From IMG/VR virus record IMGVR_UViG_3300038393_000879: a stretch of DNA of 56,543 bases; one strand, written 5' to 3'. This document shows positions 28,903 to 38,657 of the stretch, one piece after another. Both the position numbers and the translations under genes were made by a program. The DNA is from a virus. Position 1 is the stretch's first letter, and every line of letters begins with the position of its first letter. The notes beneath the pieces are model-generated. The model did no database searches. It had not been told where the DNA came from and saw only the letters and a list, made by a program, of their open reading frames with translations.

Positions 28903-31355
28903 TCCCTAATTGGTTGTAATTTTTTATCTGAAAGATAACTCTCACGAGCTGTTTTGATAGGTGCGTTCGCTGCGAAATCCCATTCCTTCCACGCTTTATA
29001 CTCTTGTTGCCAACGCGGCTGGATTACCGTATCACACTTTAGCGGGGTCGAGAATACCGTTGTCCGGGTCATAATGTTATCTACGCTCTCGATAACTTCC
29101 GGCACTAGTCTGTTTTTTGGAACGCTAATCATTATTTCGTCGTGAATGGAACAGTGTAACTTAAATGAATTCTTTTTACAGAAATCACTCATCGCAGCTA
29201 GAGACATCTTAAGGACATCAGCGGCGGATCCTTGAATGATCGTGTTGATCGCTGCACGCTCTACATACGCACACCGACGCCACAAAAGGTTTCTGCGTTC
29301 ACTTTCTTCCGCTGATAATGTTCCCCATCGTTTCTTGTTTAGCTGCTGTAATTCTGCATATTCTTTTCGGTAATCCGGGAAACGACGCTTTCGACCGAAC
29401 AAAGTCTCAACATGAGCTACCGGACCTTTTGTTAATAATCCGTTAATGGTTTGCTCACGGAATGGCTTTAATCCAACGAATGCCGATAACATACCGTCGA
29501 AGAAGACCTGCGCAACCTCATCGGTTACTTTCATCGTGCGGGCAAATGACTTCGCTGATTGTCCATACAGATAAGCTAATACGCCCTGCTTCATCAGTTT
29601 TCTTGGCTGGAACGAGCCCGATGGGTCATAAGCGCCATCGACGCAATTTTGCTCGTCAAAGTTAAAAGTAGCCATCGCCATTGTTGTGTATAAATCTTTG
29701 CCGTCAATATAAAACTGTTGCATAGCCGGGTCGTCGAACTTCTCCGCAAGAATAACAGAAATGATACGCGGTTCGATTTGCGACAAGTCACTGGATACAA
29801 AAATCCAATCCGGGTCCGGTTCAAAACACATACGAACTAAAACGCCTTCGCCCTTTGATGGAATGTTTTGCAGGTTCGTTCCCTTTGCGATACCTTTGCC
29901 ATCACTCCCGATGGTCTTTGAATGCTTTGCCGAAACATATTCTGAAGAACTGTAACGCCCTGTCGCTGTTCCGTCTTTTCCATCATCACCCGCTAGGTTG
30001 TTAAAACGGCTGTGCAGACGACCTGTTTTCGGCTCCATCGCATTCGGAATTTTCCGAAGGTAAGTTGACGCTAGTTTGAATAATTGGCGGTACCTCTTTA
30101 GCGGCGCCAAGTCTTCGTGGTCACTAACGATTGCGTCGATTACTTCGCTTGCGGTCGAGCGAATATTCTTTTTGAAACGCAGCCCAATCTTTTCATCAAC
30201 GCCGAGAACATCATAAATTAAATATGCGAGATGTTCGTTTGATTGAATGTTGAATGCGTCGATGGATTTGCCGATTTTCTCGCTCATCGTTTGAACGAAA
30301 GTATCATCAATTCCATAGGCTGATAGAATGGATTGTTCACTTTCCGCTAAAATGGGATTGAACCTTTCTTCAAGTGACTTCATCATTTCCAGGTTAATTT
30401 TAAAACCGGTTCGCTCCATGATTAAGTCGACCTCGAGTAATTTCTGTTCGATGTTATACCAAACTGTTTTTAAATTATCGCGTGTGTCGATAAACGGTTT
30501 CTGGAAAAAATATAAATCGAATGTTTTGTGAGCGTCTCCCGCTGCGTAAATCCCGGATAAAATAACATCTTTATCGTAGATAACCGCGTCGTCGAACAGA
30601 TCATCGAAATGGATTGCTTCACCGTTTTTCTTTACATACTTCGCATGTAAGTCCTTCAAGCGGGCGCTCTCGTGTTCGTTTAATAACTTTGCACAGACCT
30701 GTGTATCCCAATAAGGATTAGCAACGGTGATACCGTGGTTTAGCAGCATGTGACCATCGTATTTGTAATGGTGCCAGATGGTTTTATGGCTACTGTCTTC
30801 CAGATATTCGCGTGCCACCTCGAGAGCCATCTCTTTCGCAACTTGCTCTTGTCCGGTTGTGTGCCCGAACGGAACATAAAAAGCGATGTCTGCCTTCGGT
30901 AAGTACGCAGAATAGCCAACGATAACATCGTTATAGATGTCCAGACCGGTGGTTTCTGTATCCCATGCGGTGATCGGTTCGTTTGCAAGTAATGCACGAA
31001 CTTCGTTTAATTTTTCAGGTGTTTGTATGATGAAGTAGTTGTCCGGCTTGGTTTCTACCACAACTTTCTTCTTGCTTTCCTTTTCGATAGTTTGATATAC
31101 TTGCCATAGTTCGAATACTTCTTTTTTCGATAATTTCTTTGTCGGGTCAACGCGCTGTAAGGTTTGATTAACTAACATGCGGTGGACCGTAGCGACGATT
31201 TCCCGCTCGGTATCATTTAATTTCATTTCTGAAACTCGTTTAAATGCTTCGTCGAGCGTTTCAATCTTTTTTTCTTTTACTTTTTTGACCCGTGCAGCGT
31301 TTGCTTTTTCTTTGGCTTCCGCTTTATCTAACAAATTTAATACATCATCTAGCAC
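28893..31355 (-). CDS. polA: Family A DNA polymerase with 3'-5' exonuclease domain
   Basis: AWDTETTGL exo I motif; SSDLSQIEPR; QGSAADV; CSIHDE; start set at the GTG after AAGGAG (start uncertain). Confidence 0.85.
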   Translation of the reverse strand: MLDDVLNLLDKAEAKEKANAARVKKVKEKKIETLDEAFKRVSEMKLNDTEREIVATVHRMLVNQTLQRVDPTKKLSKKEVFELWQVYQTIEKESKKKVVVETKPDNYFIIQTPEKLNEVRALLANEPITAWDTETTGLDIYNDVIVGYSAYLPKADIAFYVPFGHTTGQEQVAKEMALEVAREYLEDSSHKTIWHHYKYDGHMLLNHGITVANPYWDTQVCAKLLNEHESARLKDLHAKYVKKNGEAIHFDDLFDDAVIYDKDVILSGIYAAGDAHKTFDLYFFQKPFIDTRDNLKTVWYNIEQKLLEVDLIMERTGFKINLEMMKSLEERFNPILAESEQSILSAYGIDDTFVQTMSEKIGKSIDAFNIQSNEHLAYLIYDVLGVDEKIGLRFKKNIRSTASEVIDAIVSDHEDLAPLKRYRQLFKLASTYLRKIPNAMEPKTGRLHSRFNNLAGDDGKDGTATGRYSSSEYVSAKHSKTIGSDGKGIAKGTNLQNIPSKGEGVLVRMCFEPDPDWIFVSSDLSQIEPRIISVILAEKFDDPAMQQFYIDGKDLYTTMAMATFNFDEQNCVDGAYDPSGSFQPRKLMKQGVLAYLYGQSAKSFARTMKVTDEVAQVFFDGMLSAFVGLKPFREQTINGLLTKGPVAHVETLFGRKRRFPDYRKEYAELQQLNKKRWGTLSAEESERRNLLWRRCAYVERAAINTIIQGSAADVLKMSLAAMSDFCKKNSFKLHCSIHDEIMISVPKNRLVPEVIESVDNIMTRTTVFSTPLKCDTVIQPRWQQEYKAWKEWDFAANAPIKTARESYLSDKKLQPIREWL

Positions 31356-31407
31356 TACATAGCAACTCCTTAAAACCAAAGGGGACCGATAGCCCCCATT
31401 GATTAGT

Positions 31408-32040
31408 TTAGAAACTTTGTGTTTCGTCGTCACCGATTGCAACGATTTCATCATCAGTTGTCTCGTTGTTTAACCCGAGCAATTCTGATAAGTATTCATC
31501 GCTTGGCGGATTTAAGATGTTCATGTAGAAATCTTCGTTGATTTCAATGTTCTCCGGCAATTCAAACAACGACTTCTCGTTTGCTTTTACGCGGGTCGGC
31601 ATGATTGAATAGTTCGTGCTTTGTGCGTCGGCACCGGTTCTCGATAAAGTAATGGGTGTAGTGATCGCTTCGTCTTCGTACTCATCGACGAAGTTATAAA
31701 CAGCCGCCATGTACTTTTTCTTTGCTTCGAAAATGCGAACGCTCTTTGCGTCAATGTCGTAGATCGGAACGAGCCAAACTTTGGAGCGTGGAACAGCCGC
31801 TTTACATGAAATGCAATCTTTACCACTGCGTGGATCCTTACACACATGTGAATGGATTTTTCGGTTAAAGTCGCCGTGCTGCATGAATGCTAAAAAGTCT
31901 TTTGTAAGCAGATAACCGCGAACACTTTCGCCTGATTTTAAGCGGATATAGTTCGTTTTGGACTTCGGTTTGTTACTGTCTTCTACGGCTTTTCGTGCGT
32001 CGTCGCCTTGTCCGAGAATTAAATCGTTTAAATTGGTCAT
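31408..32040 (-). CDS. Putative ssDNA-binding protein (Zn-finger type, acidic tail)
   Basis: HSHVC…CISC cluster; acidic C-terminus DDEIVAIGDDETQSF; lies upstream of polA. Confidence 0.5.
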   Translation of the reverse strand: MTNLNDLILGQGDDARKAVEDSNKPKSKTNYIRLKSGESVRGYLLTKDFLAFMQHGDFNRKIHSHVCKDPRSGKDCISCKAAVPRSKVWLVPIYDIDAKSVRIFEAKKKYMAAVYNFVDEYEDEAITTPITLSRTGADAQSTNYSIMPTRVKANEKSLFELPENIEINEDFYMNILNPPSDEYLSELLGLNNETTDDEIVAIGDDETQSF

Positions 32041-32100
32041 ACTAGGAATACCCCCATGGTTTTATTTTCGGATCAGTTTAACTGTCCTACATCTTAATAA

Positions 32101-32126
32101 TTCGGTGGTAAGCCGGGGAGCGTAAC
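32101..32126 (-). promoter_or_regulatory. ECF-like promoter motif, copy 3
   Basis: tGTTACGctccccggcttaccaCCGAATTATTA. Confidence 0.6.
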
Positions 32127-32143
32127 AAGCTCCCGCAAACTTT

Positions 32144-32803
32144 TTAATTTTTTTCTGTTTCTAAATATTCAGCCGCATATTTCCGGCACCTCTCAAGTGC
32201 TCGGGTAACGGTCATTTTGTTTGGTAAGTTTAACATTTGTACAATCTCTTTGTATTCGTATCCTTGCACGACTAGGATTGCAATCTTTGCGTCTGTTTCG
32301 TTTTTGCTTTGGATAAATTTGTACAGGTCTGTTGCTGCTTCTTCGACTTGGACCTCGTAAGAAGCGGATTTGTCTTCGATACCTATATTTTCTTTGTGCC
32401 CATTATCGCAAGTAATGGTGCTCGCTTCCTCGAAGCTAATGAGTTTCGGGGTTTCTTTTTTTTCATTTCGAATTCGGTTTCCATCTTTGTCTTTGTAATC
32501 TTTGTATAACCGCTGGCGGATTAAATCGTAAGTTGATTTATCCAGGCGCATTTTAAACCAGTAACTGAATGGCTTTCCGTTGGACCGGCTTGTATCGTAT
32601 TTCTCTGCCGCTTTCCATAATGCTCTGAAATGTTGGCTGGTGAAATCTTGAATATCAATTTGCGGGTGTCTCGTGTTGTTCCGGCTTGCTTGAATGTTAA
32701 TGAAGTTTTTGTAGCGGTCATTGATTTCGTGCAACCCGTTTTCGTCCCCGTTTTGAAATAAGCCGACGAGTTGCTCGTCCGATAAGTTGGTATAATCTAG
32801 CAT
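32144..32803 (-). CDS. Phage-encoded sigma-70-family factor
   Basis: Region 2-like LVGLFQNGDENGLHEINDRY…FSYWFKMRL; region 4-like YKEIVQMLNLPNKMTVTRALERCRKY. Confidence 0.7.
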   Translation of the reverse strand: MLDYTNLSDEQLVGLFQNGDENGLHEINDRYKNFINIQASRNNTRHPQIDIQDFTSQHFRALWKAAEKYDTSRSNGKPFSYWFKMRLDKSTYDLIRQRLYKDYKDKDGNRIRNEKKETPKLISFEEASTITCDNGHKENIGIEDKSASYEVQVEEAATDLYKFIQSKNETDAKIAILVVQGYEYKEIVQMLNLPNKMTVTRALERCRKYAAEYLETEKN

Positions 32804-32871
32804 AAATAATTTTCCCCCTGTTTGTTTGGTATATTATTAAATTTCGGAACTTTTAGAAAACTCCTGCAAGG

Positions 32872-33834
32872 TTAAAAAAATAATTTTAAGCCAACGGGTT
32901 TTCGGTTTTCAATTAGCATTTTGATCTCGTCAACTGTTAAATCGTTTGCGTCTTTTACATTTCGATCGATCAGCGACCAGTCCACCGTTGAAATGTTAAA
33001 TCGGGCGTCTAATTTCTTGATAACGAGATTTTCAGCGTGCTGTCCCCCGTCGTCGTTATCAACAAATAACAGTAATTCTTTTTCAGGCGTTAGATATTTT
33101 AATAGTTTATGTGCCTGTGCGTCTGTGAACTGGTTTCCACCGATTGCAAACGCTGAACATTCTCTTGCTTGCCATACGCTCATGCAATCAATCTCGGCTT
33201 CGGTGATCGCGATAATGTTATGGTGTGACTGTAAAACCTTATCGAAAGCGAACAGCGTTTCAGATTTTACCCGTGATGGCATTGATGGCTCGTACCAGAA
33301 TGATTTACTTGTAACTCTGCGAAACTTAACCGTTAGCAATCTACCTAAATGGTCCCGGTATGGTATGGTGATGGCTTGTTTCGTTGCGGAATATCCAATC
33401 TCGAAATATCGTTGAATGGGCTCGTCCAAGTTACGCCTGGTTAAATAGGGGTGTCTGAAGCGGTACTGCTTTAGAATGCTGTCGTCGATGTAATAATCGG
33501 TTGTGGCTTCATCATCAAAGTGCAATTCGAAACTTTCGTCTGGGTTCGCTGCATATTTCCCGTACATATTGATCAGAAACTCTTCCGCGTCGAACACCGT
33601 ATCATAGTTGTCCAAATGCTTCACGAGCTGGGCGATGTTTCCTTTGGCGCCGCACCCAAAACATTGGTATAAACCGGTTTCATTATGGACCCCGAAGCTT
33701 GGTGATCGTTCATTGTGAAACGGGCATGCTGCCATTGTGTTATCCCCGACTTGCTTTACACTGGATAACTTTTTTTCTAGATAATCATACACATCAAAAT
33801 CAATCTCAATCGTTCCAATTTTCAATGTTTTCAC
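32872..33834 (-). CDS. dnaG: DNA primase (CHC2 zinc finger + TOPRIM)
   Basis: CPFHNERSPSFGV…YQCFGCGAKGN; TOPRIM-like ITEAEIDC…VDNDDGG; start is GTG at 33834 or TTG at 33825. Confidence 0.8.
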   Translation of the reverse strand: MKTLKIGTIEIDFDVYDYLEKKLSSVKQVGDNTMAACPFHNERSPSFGVHNETGLYQCFGCGAKGNIAQLVKHLDNYDTVFDAEEFLINMYGKYAANPDESFELHFDDEATTDYYIDDSILKQYRFRHPYLTRRNLDEPIQRYFEIGYSATKQAITIPYRDHLGRLLTVKFRRVTSKSFWYEPSMPSRVKSETLFAFDKVLQSHHNIIAITEAEIDCMSVWQARECSAFAIGGNQFTDAQAHKLLKYLTPEKELLLFVDNDDGGQHAENLVIKKLDARFNISTVDWSLIDRNVKDANDLTVDEIKMLIENRKPVGLKLFF

Positions 33835-33847
33835 CTCACCTTATCTG

Positions 33848-33873
33848 TTCGGTGGTATCTATATACTTGTAAC
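33848..33873 (-). promoter_or_regulatory. ECF-like promoter motif, copy 4
   Basis: cGTTACAagtatatagataccaCCGAACAGATA. Confidence 0.55.
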
Positions 33874-34134
33874 GGATTATGTTGAAAAATTTACGTTTTT
33901 TCGGAATTAAATTTGATTTCAGACATATATTTATGAATATAAAATACTTTTTGTTATTGTCTGATAATTCTTGATAATCCCCGTTTTGATTGTTATAAGT
34001 AATTTTATTGGTGACTTTTGACTTCCGATTGATAGAATGTATGTATGTGTCTATGTTTTAATTATACAAAACTCGCTAGGCATATTACAATATGTTTTCA
34101 AGGTGTTTTCAAAATTATTTTTATCGAAATCGAA

Positions 34135-34163
34135 GAAAAAAAACGGAAGCGTTTGCCTCCGTT
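34135..34163 (-). terminator. Rho-independent terminator after the helicase gene
   Basis: ACGGAGGC-aaac-GCUUCCGU followed by a U-run on the - strand. Confidence 0.8.
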
Positions 34164-35440
34164 TAGAACATGTCCGTTTCCGCTCTCGGGTGCATTACAC
34201 CGTCGTTCGGACACCAATTTAACTCTAGCTCTAATCCTTCGCCACCGGATCGGCTTTTCACAGCTGTAACCAGTGCTTTACCGCGCTGCCTTCCGGTTGC
34301 TTCGTCTCTCCAAGTCACGCTATCGAAACCGAAAATCTTATTGCTGTCCTGGATTACAGCGATTGTTTCCGAATAATCTTGCAAAGTTGGCGTTTTTAAT
34401 TCTCGTATCCCTTCGGATTTCCCTTTGGACTTCTCGTAATCGCCATTTGTTTGATAGAGTAGGATAATCACAACAGATTTTTTAGCGGCGAGCTGTTTTA
34501 GCTGGCGGGAAACAGCCGTCTTATCATCACGGGAATTCCCTTTGAACTTGAGTAAGTTGAACTGGTCGATAATTACCATATCACATTTTGTTTTATCAAT
34601 GTCGTGTTCTAATTGTTCAATCGAAAGACCGTCTGCCCAGTCCTCCGCCGTTTTAATAATCATATCTGCGCGGGTGGAATTCTCTTTTGTGAAACGCTCG
34701 GTGTATTTTTTGTATTCGTCTTCCGTAAAACCGAGTTGCCCGGTCCATAAACCGCGATTTGAGAAACCACCTTCAAGGGTATCGAGCCGGAATTCGTTTT
34801 CCGTCTTCGACATTTCCGCACTTTCGATTAACACTTTGTGCCCAGAATTGTTTGCCATTAACGCTGACAATAAACCAAGCCAAGATTTTCCGCGCCCAGT
34901 AAAACCCATGATTGTGACCAATTCGCCAAGCTCATAACCTCCAACAGCGTCCGTGAACTCGTCAAACATACACGGCAATTTTTTGCTGAAGTCTTTCTTT
35001 TTACGAGCTTCATAGTTTTCGAACCGTTCCTCACCGTTTTGTGCCCAGTTGGATCCGTTTTTACCTCGAGCAGCTGCTTTTTGCTGCAGGTCTTCGACTT
35101 TTGCGGTCAATCGCTCGAGTATCTTATAGGCGTCCATGTTCCCGAACCCTGCGGCGAGCTCTTGCAACAATTGTTTCTCTTCCATTTTCAGATTTCTTTC
35201 GATTATTTTCATCGCGAGGGTATCAATGCTCTCGACGACATCAACATATTCAAAATCCGGGCAATTCGTAATCACACTTTCGACCGATGGTAATTCTCCG
35301 AACTCACCCAGATGTTTTTTAATAAAACGATAGGCACACGCCTGTTCGTGATACATATTTTCATTCGCCAGATTGTGTTTCACCAGCGCACTGAAATCTC
35401 GTTTAGCAATAACGGCATTCAACAGTTGGATTTCTAACAT
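34163..35440 (-). CDS. dnaB: Replicative DNA helicase (DnaB-like)
   Basis: Walker A GFTGRGKSW; Walker B MVIIDQFN; 425 aa. Confidence 0.8.
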   Translation of the reverse strand: MLEIQLLNAVIAKRDFSALVKHNLANENMYHEQACAYRFIKKHLGEFGELPSVESVITNCPDFEYVDVVESIDTLAMKIIERNLKMEEKQLLQELAAGFGNMDAYKILERLTAKVEDLQQKAAARGKNGSNWAQNGEERFENYEARKKKDFSKKLPCMFDEFTDAVGGYELGELVTIMGFTGRGKSWLGLLSALMANNSGHKVLIESAEMSKTENEFRLDTLEGGFSNRGLWTGQLGFTEDEYKKYTERFTKENSTRADMIIKTAEDWADGLSIEQLEHDIDKTKCDMVIIDQFNLLKFKGNSRDDKTAVSRQLKQLAAKKSVVIILLYQTNGDYEKSKGKSEGIRELKTPTLQDYSETIAVIQDSNKIFGFDSVTWRDEATGRQRGKALVTAVKSRSGGEGLELELNWCPNDGVMHPRAETDMF

Positions 35441-35461
35441 TTAATTTTCCCCCATTTAGTT

Positions 35462-36169
35462 TTATAGCTTTCTGCGTCTGTCTGTCCCCTTGAATTGTAG
35501 CGGAAAGGTTAATCCTTCTATGCGGCTACGGATACGGGCACCCAACGGCTCAACGAGTTCCGGTATTGACAAGTTACTCGTTACAATCGTTGCGAGTTCA
35601 TTATCATAACGGTCATTGATGATGGTTAACAATCTTTCTCGTGCCCATTCGCTTGGTTTCTCTGCGCCGATGTCGTCTAGGATTGCGAGCGGTGCTGTTC
35701 GTAATGCCTCGAGCTTTGCGTTTGCCTCGAGTTGTATATCGGTATCATCGAAACCTTTTTTGATTAAGTCGAGCAAGTCCGGTACATTCGCATAAGATAC
35801 CAATTGTTTAGTGCGCTTGCCTGTACGAATATCAAGTAACGACTGATGCGAAATGTAAGTCATGGCTATCGCGCATGCAATCGTTGTTTTTCCAAGCCCG
35901 GTTGATCCGTATAGATATAACCCTTCGCCTTTTGGTACGCGTTCTGTAATGCTATCCCCGAATTTTTGAATGACCGGTAGCGCATAAGTGTCTTCTGGCA
36001 AGTTATCAGTCTGGTATTTTTGAAATCGTTTTGGAATTCCGGATAATTCTGTTTGATACTTTAAGTCGATCCACAACGGGCAGATCGTGGAACACGCTTT
36101 CTCATGTTGTTTACAGTGAAAACGGGCTGCGCATGTATCCGCTATTGTTTTATCAAAATTATTTGTCAT
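35462..36169 (-). CDS. DnaC/IstB-like helicase loader ATPase
   Basis: LYGSTGLGKTTIACAIA; LAILDDIGAE. Confidence 0.7.
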   Translation of the reverse strand: MTNNFDKTIADTCAARFHCKQHEKACSTICPLWIDLKYQTELSGIPKRFQKYQTDNLPEDTYALPVIQKFGDSITERVPKGEGLYLYGSTGLGKTTIACAIAMTYISHQSLLDIRTGKRTKQLVSYANVPDLLDLIKKGFDDTDIQLEANAKLEALRTAPLAILDDIGAEKPSEWARERLLTIINDRYDNELATIVTSNLSIPELVEPLGARIRSRIEGLTFPLQFKGTDRRRKL

Positions 36170-36329
36170 GTTTGATTTCCTCCAGTTTCTGTTTAACAGC
36201 GTTTAAGTCTTTTAGGAACTGTTCTCGTAATCTCTCTTCGATTTCCATTTGTTCTTCGAGCCAATCGGTATTTACATCACAGCAAATTTCCCCGTATTCT
36301 CTGTATTTCCCGCAATCGTTACAACGCAT
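36159..36329 (-). CDS. Small Cys-containing protein (56 aa); not in the supplied ORF track
   Basis: MRCNDCGKYREYGEICC…; start abuts the upstream stop and its end overlaps the next ATG. Confidence 0.45.
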   Translation of the reverse strand: MRCNDCGKYREYGEICCDVNTDWLEEQMEIEERLREQFLKDLNAVKQKLEEIKHDK

Positions 36330-37103
36330 TTATATCCAACCTCTCTTTTCCCACTCGTCCATTAAATCGATTCCGTCTTCGGTTGTGATTTCCACCGTTT
36401 CAAATTCTTCTTTTTCTTTCGTGTCTTCCATGTTAGCAGACGCATAAGGTTCCGCCTGTACCGCTAGCCATGAAGACATTTGACCGATTGTTGGGCGCGT
36501 GTATTGTTTTGATTGCCATTTCTGCGAGTACAGCCGCAAGATTACATCGAATATTTCCATCAGCCGTTCTTCTCCGTAAGTGTCCAGCAACTTCTTCATC
36601 AGTTTGGTATCACGCCCCCAACTGATTGCGTAATTAACACCGTATTTTTCTGTGTACTTTCTGCCCCATTCGATTAGTGCGTCTTTCGGTTTCATCGGTT
36701 GTTTCGTTTCAGCGGTTTCTGTGATCGGTAATTCGTTACCGGTCGCTAGTTCTTTAATATCTTTTAAATCTTTAGAAGTATTATCTATACTTGTGACTGG
36801 AAGTTTATTTCCGACCCGCAATATTTTACCGACCTCTATGCTAGTAATGTGAATTACATTACAGTCTTGTTTTTTATCAACGACTTTTACAAGCTGCTTG
36901 TCCTGGATTTTGACAGCGGATAATTTGTTCATGCGATTGTAAACAGTTTTAATGCTAACGCCTAGCATTTCGGCGAGCTCTTCTTGTTTTAGATTGACAA
37001 CATCGTTTCTCGCTTCAAGGCGTAAGATACTGTACAGGTGCCAACCATCAGCGCCCATCTCTTTCATTAGGTTAATAAGTTCTGATTTTGATAGCTCTAA
37101 CAT
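36330..37103 (-). CDS. HTH DNA-binding protein, possible replication initiator/organiser
   Basis: LKQEELAEMLGVSIKTVYNRMNKL; lies upstream of the loader/helicase pair. Confidence 0.4.
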   Translation of the reverse strand: MLELSKSELINLMKEMGADGWHLYSILRLEARNDVVNLKQEELAEMLGVSIKTVYNRMNKLSAVKIQDKQLVKVVDKKQDCNVIHITSIEVGKILRVGNKLPVTSIDNTSKDLKDIKELATGNELPITETAETKQPMKPKDALIEWGRKYTEKYGVNYAISWGRDTKLMKKLLDTYGEERLMEIFDVILRLYSQKWQSKQYTRPTIGQMSSWLAVQAEPYASANMEDTKEKEEFETVEITTEDGIDLMDEWEKRGWI

Positions 37104-37393
37104 TATTCCATCTCCCTAGTGTAAAGTTCGATTGTTTTCCAGCCGTTCTCTGTTAATCTGTATTTAACAGTAGTAGTTTTTATTTCGGTGTATTCCGGGT
37201 ATTCCCCAACGATAATAGGTAAACGCTTCTTTTGTACGAGGTCATTAGCAGATACCGGTGTTTTCTTATCGAGCGCATTTAAGTTCGCGTCAAACTTATG
37301 CAGCTCATACTTTCCAGCACAGAGCCCTTTCGGCATAACGCGAAATACGATTTCCCAATGATCTACATTCCACTTTGCGCTACTAATTTTCAT
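37103..37393 (-). CDS. Hypothetical protein
   Basis: 96-aa ORF. Confidence 0.55.
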   Translation of the reverse strand: MKISSAKWNVDHWEIVFRVMPKGLCAGKYELHKFDANLNALDKKTPVSANDLVQKKRLPIIVGEYPEYTEIKTTTVKYRLTENGWKTIELYTREME

Positions 37394-37586
37394 CGTCGTA
37401 TCCCTTGAGTTTCATAATCTCGTACTCTGCAACTTGCAATCTGGTACCGAGATAGCCGATTAAGTTCGCCATTTCCTGCTTGTCCACTTCCAGGCGCTCA
37501 ATTCGTTTCTGCAACAGTTCAAAATTCTTATTTGATGTTTCGATAATCTCAAGTAATAAATCTTTTAAGCTCTGTTCATTTTCCAT
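37383..37586 (-). CDS. Hypothetical coiled-coil protein
   Basis: 67-aa ORF. Confidence 0.5.
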   Translation of the reverse strand: MENEQSLKDLLLEIIETSNKNFELLQKRIERLEVDKQEMANLIGYLGTRLQVAEYEIMKLKGYDDEN

Positions 37587-37746
37587 TTTTGAGCCTCTCC
37601 TTTTTATCTTTTCGTTTTATTCTTTGGTCTTCCTCTTTAGTGATGGTAACACCCTTAATGTTTCTTCCGCAAGAGCAAACGACCATCTCGAGTTTTACAT
37701 AAGCGATTAGGCTGCTGCCACATTTGCAATCATATTTTGTTATCAA
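37576..37746 (-). CDS. Small zinc-ribbon-like protein (56 aa, TTG start); not in the supplied ORF track
   Basis: ggaggcagaaacTTG; CKCG…CSCG. Confidence 0.4.
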   Translation of the reverse strand: MITKYDCKCGSSLIAYVKLEMVVCSCGRNIKGVTITKEEDQRIKRKDKKERLKNGK

Positions 37747-37777
37747 GTTTCTGCCTCCTTGTGTTACACCTTAACAG

Positions 37778-37803
37778 TTCGGTGGTATCACCAGCAGCGT
37801 AAC
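37778..37803 (-). promoter_or_regulatory. ECF-like promoter motif, copy 5
   Basis: gGTTACGctgctggtgataccaCCGAACTGTTA; heads the replication operon. Confidence 0.55.
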
Positions 37804-37845
37804 CAACTCTCGAAAATTTTATGTAAGAAAAAAGCCGCGAATGAT

Positions 37846-38652
37846 TTAGTCAATCAATCGGAGCTTTTCATTTGTAGTTGAAACAATCACCGTTCCGTTA
37901 TCGTGTAACTCGATTTGTCCGCGGTACTTTGGATTTTTGTAAATCTTTTGAACCGTTGATGTGTAGAATTTAGAACCGCCGGCTTTCGTTTGGTATTCGT
38001 TTTCATTTAAGTAATCGGCGATCTTTTGGAAGCTGACGCCCTTATCGTCCCTTAAATGGAATACCATTTCAACGACCGCTTTTTCATCATTGTTTACGAC
38101 GAGCGTTCTCTTTCCATTTTCCATTACGCTATCATACCCTAGTGGGATACGACCGATTGCGTGCTGACCGGATTTTGCTTTTTGAATGCGTCCCGCTTTC
38201 ATACGAGCTACAATCATCGCTCTGTCCCATTCGTTAATTGCACCGATTACCTGGCGGATTAGCTTACGCGTTGGGTCGTTTTCACATAAATCTGGTTCTT
38301 GTACGGAAACGATTGTCCAACCTTTTGCTCGAGCGGATTTAATGATTGCCTCTTGTACCATTAAATCACGAGCCAAACGATCCAGTTTTGGAATGATGAT
38401 TAAATCAATTCCGCTTTCTTCCATGAAGTCCTGCATTTCGATCCATGCAACGCGTGCTGTGGTGCTTTCGTCTTCAATTCCAATCGTTCCACTGACGCCC
38501 TCTTCCTTGAACGGGTCGATTACCAATTCGATCCCTTCTTTTTGACAATACTTTAGAACCATTTCTTCTTGTGCGGCAAACCCGAACTTGTCAACTTGCC
38601 CTTCTGATGATACCCTTAAATATGCAACTGCTCTTTTAGTCATTTTTATCAC
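37846..38652 (-). CDS. Serine recombinase (resolvase catalytic domain + recombinase domain, short form)
   Basis: AVAYLRVSSEGQ…; 268 aa; no zinc-ribbon/coiled-coil tail. Confidence 0.75.
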   Translation of the reverse strand: MIKMTKRAVAYLRVSSEGQVDKFGFAAQEEMVLKYCQKEGIELVIDPFKEEGVSGTIGIEDESTTARVAWIEMQDFMEESGIDLIIIPKLDRLARDLMVQEAIIKSARAKGWTIVSVQEPDLCENDPTRKLIRQVIGAINEWDRAMIVARMKAGRIQKAKSGQHAIGRIPLGYDSVMENGKRTLVVNNDEKAVVEMVFHLRDDKGVSFQKIADYLNENEYQTKAGGSKFYTSTVQKIYKNPKYRGQIELHDNGTVIVSTTNEKLRLID

Positions 38653-38657
38653 TCCCC

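Noticed and set aside
28893-31454. 853-aa version of the DNA polymerase ORF starting at 31454
   Set aside because: The first 33 codons overlap the SSB gene and have no RBS. A GTG preceded by AAGGAG at 31355 is the more plausible start, though this remains uncertain.
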